The notes under the pieces: generated by a model
Database searches by the model: none
Told to the model about the DNA's origin: nothing
The model's input: only the letters and a program-made list of their open reading frames with translations
From: a virus
Direction: 5' to 3' (one strand)
Virus record (IMG/VR): IMGVR_UViG_3300025609_000026
DNA: 14,196 nucleotides
In this document: in pieces, positions 7,146-14,056 of the stretch
How the letters are laid out: every line of letters starts with the position of its first letter
How positions within the stretch are numbered: the stretch's first letter is position 1
Made by a program: the position numbers and the translations under genes

Positions 7146-7481
7146 TTAATTAGTTTTAGTGGCGTATATAGTTAGGGTTTCTTTATAACCTTCATAATCA
7201 TCTATACGGGTTATTTCGTATATTTCGCCCCTAAATTTAACTTTACAAGTGGTATCTATGTCTTTCCTATAGGCTATATTAAATATAGCGTCTACCTTCG
7301 TATTGGCCGTTAAAGCTGAAAAAAATTCGCTACCGGATACTTGTCTATAGTAGGCCCATATATTAGCTGCTATGGTCTGTAATTCGTCTATAGGCTCCCC
7401 ATATTCATCATATCCCCTAACCTGTTTAAGAATATCAATCTTTTTATCTCTTAATCGGTTATTCTTTTTAATATCTGCCAT
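7146..7481 (-). CDS. Phage head-closure / head-tail adaptor protein (SPP1 gp16 / Phage_H_T_join type).
   Basis: Preferred start is ATG 7481, with SD AAGGAG at 7494-7489 and 7-nt spacing. The track start at 7520 lacks an SD. The 111-aa protein reads MADIKKNNRLRDKKIDILKQV...DEYGEPIDELQTIAANIWAYYRQVSGSEFF...FNIAYRKDIDTTCKVKFRGEIYEITRIDDYEG...LTIYA, which matches the family pattern. Confidence 0.7.
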   Translation of the reverse strand: MADIKKNNRLRDKKIDILKQVRGYDEYGEPIDELQTIAANIWAYYRQVSGSEFFSALTANTKVDAIFNIAYRKDIDTTCKVKFRGEIYEITRIDDYEGYKETLTIYATKTN

Positions 7482-7494
7482 AATATCACTCCTT

Positions 7495-7626
7495 TTATAA
7501 TGCTCTTTTAAATTCCTCATAATGATCCATTAAACCTACATAAGCATTAAGCATACTGGCCGTGCCGTCTATCCTCATTTTAGGGCTTTGATTTTTAATA
7601 GGTACTATATTACCGTTTCTGTCTGT
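7495..7626 (-). other. terL: In-frame continuation of TerL beyond the TAA: 43 codons carrying the conserved C-terminal nuclease segment. The full-length frame 7495-9135 has 547 codon positions, counting both TAA codons.
   Basis: Codon-by-codon reading after TAA 7629-7627 gives TDRNGNIVPIKNQSPKMRIDGTASMLNAYVGLMDHYEEFKRAL, then TAA at 7497-7495. The GN-I-P-K...K-IDG-A segment is the usual C-terminal TerL motif. The second stop abuts the SD of the next gene. Confidence 0.75.
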
Positions 7627-9135
7627 TTAAATTCCTGTATTAGTTAAGCACCATTTTAAAATACTGTGATTATTGTAATTAATCTTTTTAGCCTTTAAAT
7701 CGGCTCCCATTTGCTGCATTGGTAAACTTAATGTCTTGGCTCCTTGAATACATCTAATCATTTTAAAGCCGTGTTGCTCCATTTCATCAACCCAATATTT
7801 AGCTGAATAACTATCATAATAGATCCATAAAGGGGTTATATTATAATCGTTTACTATCTCTAAAAACCAGTCTGTAATATCTGAATATCTAATTGTATTA
7901 CCAGTACATAGCCTTAATAGGCCCTGTTCATACCATTTATCATAAGGTATCTTATCCCGTTCTACTCTTTCATTAAAGTTATCTAATGGTAGCCAATACA
8001 TCTGGTGTATATATCGCTTTTCTGTTTTAGGATCCATTAATAATATAGTGGCTGCCGTTAAGTCGCCTGTAATTGATAGGTCGGCTCCACCTATAGCATA
8101 AGCCCCCCTAAAATCTTCTATATTAAAGGTTTCTTCATTGTTTATATCATCAAAGGATAGCCATGCACTATGGATTGTATCTCTAATATTAAAGTCTTTT
8201 ACTAATAGGCCGTTTAAATCATTAGGGTTATTCTTGGCCCTTTCAACTTTCCTAATTAGATCATCAACCTTTTTAATTGTTCCTAGTGCCGGGTTTGCCT
8301 TCTGCCATTTCTTTGGATCCTTCCATTCTTCCCTAGCGTCCAGTTCATAAAGTACGGGTAAAAAACTATCATCATTAAAAGTACCGTCTACTACATTACA
8401 AGCGTATTGGTACATATCATCAAAGATACATTCCCTAATAGTTCCTGCCGTTGTTATCATTATCATTAAAGGCTGCTGCCTTGCTGATTGTGATTGTCGC
8501 ATTACTTCGTATAGGTTTCTATCCTGTATACCGTGTAACTCGTCCATTATAACTAAATGGGCGTTTAAACCGTCTAGGGTGTTTGAGTTCTTACCTAATG
8601 ATTGGAATTTACTAAATGTTAACGGGAAATATATATCTGCCTTACGCTTTTTAATATGTTTAGTTAATTCCGGGCTTTGCTTAACCATGTTATGGACTTC
8701 CTCAAAGATTAAATTAGCCTGGTCTTTTTTAGTGGCTACGCTGAATATGTCGGCCCCATATTCTCCGTCTGCAATTAACATATATAAAGCTATCCCGGCC
8801 AATAAAGTAGATTTACCATTCTTTCTGGCTACATAAAACATACTTTCCCTATAGCGTCTTAATCCTGTATTCTTATCTATAAAACCAAATAGGGCGGATA
8901 TATAAGCCTTTTGGAATAACTCTAGTTTAACGGGTTTACCCGCCCACTCACCTTTACTATGTTTACAAAACCTTTCTATAAACTCTATAGGCTTATTGGC
9001 TTTCTGTTCATCAAAAATATATTTACCCTTGCCTTCCAGGTCTTTTATAAGCTTCTGGTACTGCTTATAAACCCTTTTAGATACTATTACCTTACCCTCT
9101 TGTATTTCGTTCCAATACTCCCTAATGTAGTTCAT
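7627..9135 (-). CDS. terL: Terminase large subunit (Terminase_1 type). This is the 502-aa portion upstream of an in-frame TAA.
   Basis: - Walker A: YVARKNGKSTLLAG
- Walker B: HLVIMDELH
- Coupling motif: MITTAGT
- Nuclease acidic motifs: AIGGADLS and YYDSYSA
- The ORF ends ...ILKWCLTNTGI at TAA 7629-7627
- The start overlaps the TerS stop as TAATG. Confidence 0.9.
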   Translation of the reverse strand: MNYIREYWNEIQEGKVIVSKRVYKQYQKLIKDLEGKGKYIFDEQKANKPIEFIERFCKHSKGEWAGKPVKLELFQKAYISALFGFIDKNTGLRRYRESMFYVARKNGKSTLLAGIALYMLIADGEYGADIFSVATKKDQANLIFEEVHNMVKQSPELTKHIKKRKADIYFPLTFSKFQSLGKNSNTLDGLNAHLVIMDELHGIQDRNLYEVMRQSQSARQQPLMIMITTAGTIRECIFDDMYQYACNVVDGTFNDDSFLPVLYELDAREEWKDPKKWQKANPALGTIKKVDDLIRKVERAKNNPNDLNGLLVKDFNIRDTIHSAWLSFDDINNEETFNIEDFRGAYAIGGADLSITGDLTAATILLMDPKTEKRYIHQMYWLPLDNFNERVERDKIPYDKWYEQGLLRLCTGNTIRYSDITDWFLEIVNDYNITPLWIYYDSYSAKYWVDEMEQHGFKMIRCIQGAKTLSLPMQQMGADLKAKKINYNNHSILKWCLTNTGI

Positions 9136-9485
9136 TAATCATCACCCTTTATAAAGTCTAGTAATGGATCCTTTGAAGGCTCATAATCTACCGGGGGTAA
9201 TAGTTCTGTTAATTGTTTAATTGTCTGGGTGTACCTTTGTAATGTTTTATTATAGCCCTGTAGTGCCGGGTGTTCTCTATAAAATTCTTGTTTACCCTGT
9301 TTAAATAGTTCTACTGGCCCGTCTTTATCTACCTGGGCCTTTAATTCTGTTAAGGTATTCTGCATAAAAACTATTTCATTAAATAGGGTGTTGGCTATTG
9401 CCTGGCGTTCTTTGGGTATTTTTTTTAACATAGCTTTAACTTTTTTCATCTCTGCGGATATATCAATATCTTTCTTTTTACTCAT
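9135..9485 (-). CDS. terS: Terminase small subunit (P27-family-like).
   Basis: 116 aa, immediately upstream of and coupled to terL. The helical protein contains ...FYREHPALQGYNKTLQRYTQTIKQLTELLP, as in small P27-type TerS. Its position after HNH is typical of HNH-dependent cos packaging modules. Confidence 0.7.
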   Translation of the reverse strand: MSKKKDIDISAEMKKVKAMLKKIPKERQAIANTLFNEIVFMQNTLTELKAQVDKDGPVELFKQGKQEFYREHPALQGYNKTLQRYTQTIKQLTELLPPVDYEPSKDPLLDFIKGDD

Positions 9486-9506
9486 ACTATCTACCCCCTA
9501 ATTTAC

Positions 9507-9550
9507 TGTTTACAAGTATTACTATTATTACATATGTTACCCTGTTTACC
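9507..9550. promoter_or_regulatory. Shared intergenic motif block upstream of terS.
   Basis: TGTTTACA at 9507-9514. The 16-mer AGTATTACTATTATTA at 9515-9530 is identical to 6653-6668. A near-palindrome TTACATATGTTA lies at 9529-9540. TGTTTACC lies at 9543-9550. Confidence 0.45.
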
Positions 9551-9644
9551 CCTCCCTTAATCCTGTGTAACCTTGGAGGGGTTTATTTAAGTTGGCACGT
9601 GGCATTGACGGGGCGGCCCTGTTTAGCTTACCTGGGGTGTATGC
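9549..9644. other. GC-rich non-coding tract between HNH and terS. Candidate cos / packaging-recognition region with a plus-oriented hairpin and T-run.
   Basis: CCCCTCC (9549-9555) pairs with GGAGGGG (9575-9581), followed by TTTATTTA. Then comes GGCACGTGGCATTGACGGGGCGGCCCTG, which contains CACGTG and GGGCGGCCC palindromic cores. It is locally far more GC-rich than its surroundings. Confidence 0.4.
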
Positions 9645-9941
9645 TTATCGTGGTATTTTAACTAGGTTTCCGTTATCATCAAACATTAAGCCATTTTGTG
9701 TAATGTTATAGTTACCGTGTAGCTTTTGGTGGCACTCATGGCATACGGCCATTAAATTACTCCAACTTAAAGTTATATTAACATCATGTATATTCTCTGG
9801 TGTGATAGGCTCTTTATGGTGGCATATTACAGCTACGCCGTTGCATACTTCACAAACATAATTCTTACTTTGCATAAAAGCATTACGGCACTTGATCCAT
9901 TCCTTACTATTGTAGAATGGTCTACTATAATCTTGGGTCAT
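9645..9941 (-). CDS. HNH endonuclease (phage packaging-associated type).
   Basis: Preferred start is ATG 9941, which overlaps the connector stop as TAATG. The 98-aa protein contains CEVCNG...CHHKEPIT...NLMAVCHECHQKLH, with the HNH and zinc-ligand cysteines. The track start at 10037 would overlap the connector gene by 97 nt. Confidence 0.85.
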   Translation of the reverse strand: MTQDYSRPFYNSKEWIKCRNAFMQSKNYVCEVCNGVAVICHHKEPITPENIHDVNITLSWSNLMAVCHECHQKLHGNYNITQNGLMFDDNGNLVKIPR

Positions 9942-10222
9942 TACTTTAATGTCCTTCCTATTGCCGTTAAGGCTACTAATAGATTGTCTATAGTTCTCTT
10001 TAATCTCTCTGTGTCTGTGCCTTGTGCATTGTACCATAGCTGCAATATAAACCCTGCTGCCGTCTGTGCTAATGGATTAATAGGATTATCATTATCCCAC
10101 CTTCTGCCTGTTGTAGCCTCCAGGTAATCTGGTATAGCTTCTAATAGTGGTAATATAATAGTGTCATTGTCTGGGCCGTCTAGCCTTAATATATCTCTTG
10201 CTTCCTGTATACTCATTAACAT
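9941..10222 (-). CDS. Head-tail connector / DNA-packaging protein (gp6-like, Phage_connect_1 type).
   Basis: 93 aa. The sequence SIQEARDILRLDGPDNDTIILPLLEAIPDYLEATTGRRW...AAGFILQLWYN fits the gp6-like connector pattern. It lies directly after the major capsid gene. Confidence 0.7.
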   Translation of the reverse strand: MLMSIQEARDILRLDGPDNDTIILPLLEAIPDYLEATTGRRWDNDNPINPLAQTAAGFILQLWYNAQGTDTERLKRTIDNLLVALTAIGRTLK

Positions 10223-10246
10223 ATATAATCAACTCCTTTTAATAGT

Positions 10247-10284
10247 AAAGGGTACCGGCTGCCTACTCCGGCTAACCAATACCC
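10247..10284 (-). terminator. Stem-loop after the major capsid gene. Possible leaky terminator or mRNA stabiliser.
   Basis: Minus-strand RNA pairs GGGUAUUGG (10284-10276) with CCGGUACCC (10258-10250). This is 9 bp including two G-U pairs, with a 17-nt loop, and only UUU follows. Confidence 0.35.
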
Positions 10285-10321
10285 CCTACTGTTCTATTAA
10301 TTGATATGAAGGCTTATTTAA

Positions 10322-11551
10322 TTATGCTTCTGCCTGGTATAGCTTAACAAACGCTTCTGCTACCAAAGGTTTAGTATCGGCTATAGCTAACGCTCTGTAA
10401 TCAATTAGGCCGCTCTTAAAGCTGCTTTCTCTTGATACTTCGATTAATATACCTTGTGGTATGTTATAGCCCATATAATCAAAGTTTCCTAGATATATGT
10501 CGCCGTCTGCTATGTTATCGTCAATTACTACTTCCTTACCTAAAATGTAGCCTATAGCTTCATTCTTTGGATCCTGTATAAAGATTGGTCTACCGTTTGC
10601 GTCTACTAATCCATATACGGACTTATAAAGTGTTGCGTTATTCATAGCAAATTTAGCGTTTGCTCCATAACCTCTTTTTAGTAATCCTAATGCTGCGGTA
10701 ATGTCTGTATATGCTAATCCGTCTGTAGCACTATATTCTATAGCGTTGGTGTCTTTAGTCCAGGTAATAGTTTCTAATCCTGTACCTTCTGTAGATCCTT
10801 CGCCATTAATAATACTATCTTCAATAGTTTCCATTACACTATTTACTAACTCGTCTACTAGATAGCTTTCAAATGCTGCTATACTCATTCTTTGAGTAGC
10901 TGCTGAAATGCTAAATATTTTAATTATTTCATAGCCGCCAAAACTTACATAAGCTAAATTAGCTTTTTCAGTTTCTACTGCGTCCCCTTCTGTGTGCCAT
11001 GCAGCTTTATTACTTGGTGTTGCTATTGGCACCCTAATATTTGTTGGTAGATTAAAGTTTCTACAATGTCCTAATAATCCGCCTTTCTTTCTGGCCTTGC
11101 TTATTACCTCGTCTAATGTAGCCGTTGGTAATACTGCTGCTGCGTTTGTAGTAGTATTAAAGGCATCTGCTCTTGTTTCTGTCATAGCCTGGTTAAATAC
11201 TCTTTGTTCTACTTCTGTTAACTTATGGCCTAATAAATTCTTAAAGAAGGCTGATCTATATTCTTTAGTAGCAAATATTGCTTCTCCTTCTGGCATTTCA
11301 ACTTTATTATTATCGTTGTAGTTCATACCAGTAATAGGATTAAATATATTTACCTTACTTCTTGCTGCTGCTCTAGTTTCAATATTTTCTTTAGCTTCTT
11401 TCAAGCCGTCTAATTCAATGTTAAGGCTTCTTATGTCTGCGTTTGGATCTGTGTCTATAATATTGCCTATTTCTGCGGCCCTTTTCTCAATTTCCTTAAT
11501 ATCATGGTTTCTATAATAGTTAAAAGCTTCTGCTACGCTATTAAATTTCAT
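10322..11551 (-). CDS. Major capsid protein, HK97 fold, with an N-terminal delta/scaffolding domain.
   Basis: 409 aa, positioned after the prohead protease. It has a coiled-coil N-terminal segment of about 100 aa, followed by a typical HK97-family body (...AVLPTATLDEVISKARKKGGLLGHCRNFNLPTN..., ...YLGNFDYMGYN...). The start overlaps the protease stop as TAATG. Confidence 0.88.
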   Translation of the reverse strand: MKFNSVAEAFNYYRNHDIKEIEKRAAEIGNIIDTDPNADIRSLNIELDGLKEAKENIETRAAARSKVNIFNPITGMNYNDNNKVEMPEGEAIFATKEYRSAFFKNLLGHKLTEVEQRVFNQAMTETRADAFNTTTNAAAVLPTATLDEVISKARKKGGLLGHCRNFNLPTNIRVPIATPSNKAAWHTEGDAVETEKANLAYVSFGGYEIIKIFSISAATQRMSIAAFESYLVDELVNSVMETIEDSIINGEGSTEGTGLETITWTKDTNAIEYSATDGLAYTDITAALGLLKRGYGANAKFAMNNATLYKSVYGLVDANGRPIFIQDPKNEAIGYILGKEVVIDDNIADGDIYLGNFDYMGYNIPQGILIEVSRESSFKSGLIDYRALAIADTKPLVAEAFVKLYQAEA

Positions 11552-12141
11552 TATAATACACTCCTTTTCAGTATTTGATTTACTTTAATTTTGGCTTGTA
11601 CTCTTTCCGGGCTTTCTAATTCTTTTTTTACTCCCTCTATCTGACTTCTAGCTTCTACGCTTGTTTGAGGATAGGCCGGAAATGGTACTATAGATACTTC
11701 ATAGACTTTCTCAATCTTGGTTATTGTCCTGGTATTTGTTTTAGGATCATAATGGCTACCGCCTTCTGGTACTTTAAACCCAAAACTCATACCTGTTAAG
11801 TCGCCCCGTTTTATTGCCATATAAATGCTGCGGCCTTCTTCTGTATCTGGTAACTCTGCTCTTAATGTTAACCCTGCCGGATCTAACATAAATTGCATTG
11901 TTTTTGGTACTCTAGCCAATGGAATTTTTGATAAATCGTGATTATAAAGTAATCTGCTATCTGTTAAATCTGCTCCGTCTAATGCTCCACGCTTTATAAT
12001 CTCTGTATATTCTCCAAAGGCTTCTTTAATTGTGGTAGGTTGGTCATATACTATGGCCCTACCTTCTATATAAAGGCCTTTTTCCTTTCCTACCGGATTG
12101 GTGGCCCTTATTTCACCTATTCTAATTTCCTTCATCATCAT
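11551..12141 (-). CDS. HK97-family prohead maturation protease (S78/U35).
   Basis: 196 aa with LYIEGRAIVYDQPT..., LLYNHDLSKIPLAR and GDLTGMSFGFKV motifs. It lies between the portal and capsid genes. There are three tandem ATGs, so the exact start is uncertain (12141, 12138 or 12135). Confidence 0.88.
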   Translation of the reverse strand: MMMKEIRIGEIRATNPVGKEKGLYIEGRAIVYDQPTTIKEAFGEYTEIIKRGALDGADLTDSRLLYNHDLSKIPLARVPKTMQFMLDPAGLTLRAELPDTEEGRSIYMAIKRGDLTGMSFGFKVPEGGSHYDPKTNTRTITKIEKVYEVSIVPFPAYPQTSVEARSQIEGVKKELESPERVQAKIKVNQILKRSVL

Positions 12142-13348
12142 TACCCCCTTTTGCTACCACTTGATTATTATTTTCTAATTGGTATTGGTCGGCTTTATCT
12201 GCTGATATTACATTTAAAGTCTGTAATCTTCTATCGCCGTCCTCTACTGGTGGTAAATTCAATATTTCTAATGCTTGATTTATGGTAAATAGCCCTAATG
12301 GCATTAATTCTTTTAATATGTTTGTTTTTGTGCTACTGCTACTAAACTGTAGTCTATTTGCTTCAAACATAATCATATTGCCAAAGGCTTGTTCTCTTGG
12401 GGTAAATATTTTATCTGTTAACTCTAGGCTAAACTGTAAAGCCAATGGCTCTATTACGCTTTCATAAAAGGCGTTAAATTCTTCTTCTGTATAACTACTG
12501 TTTACTATGCTTTCAGTTATTCCTAGATACTCATATACTTTCTGTTTTACTGCTGCTAATTGCTTTTCGTCTATGGCCGTTGGTTTAATCTCCAATGGTA
12601 TATATTCGGCCTTACTATCTATTGCAGCTATACCGCCGCTATTTGCTACGGTTAAATAATCATTTATAAAGGCTTCTTTTTCCTCTTTTAGTTTCTCTGG
12701 GCTTAATACCTGGTTGTATTTTAATATCCCTCTTATGGTTGCATTAGCCTTTATAGCTTGGCTCATTCCTTCGCTTTGTGTGTGTGCTAATTCAAGCGTT
12801 GGTAATATGGCCGTGTTTGTATCTCCTAATAGATCATTGTCATTAAAAAACCTTCTAATAGTGAATACATCTTCAAACGGTAATATATATGTCTTTCCCT
12901 TACCTACAATAAACTTACAAAATAACTTGCCTGTTGGATCTGCTAGGTACTCCATACTATGGGGCCTTATAGGCCATATAGCTTTTAGGTTTCCTTTCTC
13001 GTCCTTATCTAAATAAGCAAATGCGTTATTGTATAGGTAATAATGGGTTACTAGCTTATACATTAAATCATAGGCCGTCATATATGGATTGGGCCTTACT
13101 TGTAATATTCTATTTAATCCGGTATCTCCCGGCTTTCTGTTGTTCTCTAATATAATTACATGGGTACCCTTTAGCTTTCCGGCATTTCTGGCTATTGCGT
13201 CTACTGCTGCCCTATATATATCACTTTCATAGGCCCCGCCACTAAATGGTGTAAAGTATGCAGGTTTACCGCTCATTACTTCGGCTTTTACTGTTACTTG
13301 CGGTATTTCCTTCTTTCTATTAAATAACTTATCTAATATCCCGGCCAT
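12122..13348 (-). CDS. Portal protein (HK97 / Phage_portal family).
   Basis: 408 aa with SD GGGGTGAGGA upstream. The size, position and sequence character (...GGAYESDIYRAAVDAIARNAGKL..., ...MPLGLFTINQALEILNLPPVEDGD...) are typical of HK97-type portals. The acidic C-terminal tail overlaps the protease start. Confidence 0.85.
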   Translation of the reverse strand: MAGILDKLFNRKKEIPQVTVKAEVMSGKPAYFTPFSGGAYESDIYRAAVDAIARNAGKLKGTHVIILENNRKPGDTGLNRILQVRPNPYMTAYDLMYKLVTHYYLYNNAFAYLDKDEKGNLKAIWPIRPHSMEYLADPTGKLFCKFIVGKGKTYILPFEDVFTIRRFFNDNDLLGDTNTAILPTLELAHTQSEGMSQAIKANATIRGILKYNQVLSPEKLKEEKEAFINDYLTVANSGGIAAIDSKAEYIPLEIKPTAIDEKQLAAVKQKVYEYLGITESIVNSSYTEEEFNAFYESVIEPLALQFSLELTDKIFTPREQAFGNMIMFEANRLQFSSSSTKTNILKELMPLGLFTINQALEILNLPPVEDGDRRLQTLNVISADKADQYQLENNNQVVAKGGNDDEGN

Positions 13349-13359
13349 ATCCTCACCCC

Positions 13360-13572
13360 TTATATAGCAACTACGCCAATAGCTTTTATTCCTTTAGGGG
13401 TTTCTCTTACCATATACTCTACTGGTAGGCCCTCTCTTAAATCTGAAAACTCTTTAGGCTCACATACTCCGGTTGCGTGGAAAAATACTGTTTCGCCTGT
13501 TTCGTCCTCTTTGATAAATCCATATCCCTTATTTTTCACTAAATGAATTATTAATCCCTTATGCGTTTCCAT
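13360..13572 (-). CDS. Cold-shock-domain (CspA-like OB-fold) nucleic-acid-binding protein. First gene of the head operon.
   Basis: Preferred start is ATG 13572, with SD AAAGGAG and 8-nt spacing. The track start at 13623 has no SD and overlaps the predicted promoter's -10 region. The 70-aa protein has RNP1-like KGYGFI and RNP2-like VFFHA: METHKGLIIHLVKNKGYGFIKEDETGETVFFHATGV... Confidence 0.8.
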   Translation of the reverse strand: METHKGLIIHLVKNKGYGFIKEDETGETVFFHATGVCEPKEFSDLREGLPVEYMVRETPKGIKAIGVVAI

Positions 13573-13624
13573 GCTCTCTGCTCCTTTCCCACTTTTAAAT
13601 TTTCCGTTTCTACAACTACCCATT

Positions 13625-13656
13625 ATTATAATACCATAATATTATTACTTTGTAAA
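13625..13656 (-). promoter_or_regulatory. Sigma-70/SigA-type promoter for the head/packaging operon.
   Basis: On the minus strand: TTTACA (13656-13651), a 17-nt spacer, then TGG-TATTAT (-10 at 13633-28) overlapping a perfect TATAAT (13630-13625). The -35 element lies inside a copy of the TGTTTACA motif. Confidence 0.55.
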
Positions 13657-13695
13657 CATTAATTACTAATATTATTAATATTTTTATGTTTACAA
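13650..13695. promoter_or_regulatory. 10-bp inverted repeat, TTGTAAACAT ... ATGTTTACAA, bracketing the late promoter region.
   Basis: The arms lie at 13650-13659 and 13686-13695, separated by 26 bp of TAATATTATTA-type sequence. The core matches the motifs at 3664-3678, 6709-6716 and 9507-9514. Confidence 0.55.
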
Positions 13696-13705
13696 TATAA
13701 ACAAT

Positions 13706-13734
13706 AAAAAAGAACGGGCTTTATTTTCCCGTCC
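13706..13734 (-). terminator. Rho-independent terminator ending the replication operon.
   Basis: Minus-strand RNA pairs GGACGGG (13734-13728) with CCCGUUC (13718-13712). This is 7 bp including one G-U pair, followed by U6 (13711-13706). The TAA stop of the 111-aa gene lies in the loop. Confidence 0.7.
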
Positions 13735-14056
13735 TTTTAATGTAATCTTCTACATACTTGATATTTTGTATATAAAATACCCTGTCCCCTGTCATTAAGC
13801 TAATACATTCTATGCAATCCCTTAAAACTTCCTCTATTGAGGCATTAGCTGCTATTTCTTTATTTATTTTACATCTTAAACGCTCTGACTTCTTTATATT
13901 GTCCTGTAAATACCTAAATAGTTCTAGGCTTTTCTTTTCTCTCTCTATTCTGGCCGTTAAAATGGGCGTGTGCTGCTCTTTTTTATCTTCTTTAGGGGTT
14001 TCCTTGGGTGTGGTGTTATCTTCGCTAAAAAAGGCCTTCAAAGCGTCCAGGCTCAT
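13721..14056 (-). CDS. Hypothetical 111-aa protein, translationally coupled to the primase-helicase gene.
   Basis: Complete ORF. Its ATG overlaps the upstream TAA as TAATG. It has a charged, helical N-terminus and no recognisable motif. Confidence 0.5.
   Translation of the reverse strand: MSLDALKAFFSEDNTTPKETPKEDKKEQHTPILTARIEREKKSLELFRYLQDNIKKSERLRCKINKEIAANASIEEVLRDCIECISLMTGDRVFYIQNIKYVEDYIKRTGK

Noticed and set aside
7627-7629. Stop-codon reassignment (an alternative genetic code) as the explanation for the internal TAA in terL.
   Set aside because: TAA terminates most other genes in the window at positions that give sensible protein ends and coupled TAATG restarts. TAG and TGA are also used as stops. 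There is no sign of a recoded stop or of a suppressor tRNA gene.
9529-9540. The near-palindrome TTACATATGTTA as a LexA (Cheo-box-like) SOS operator.
   Set aside because: It lacks the conserved GAAC/GTTC arms of the Firmicutes LexA box and is imperfect. It is more simply explained as part of the TGTTTAC/TATTAC motif family.
13573-13623. N-terminal extensions offered by the track for csp (start 13623), the adaptor (start 7520) and HNH (start 10037).
   Set aside because: The upstream starts lack SD sequences and overlap either the predicted promoter or the preceding gene. Internal ATGs at 13572, 7481 and 9941 have canonical SDs or TAATG coupling, and they give proteins of the expected family length.
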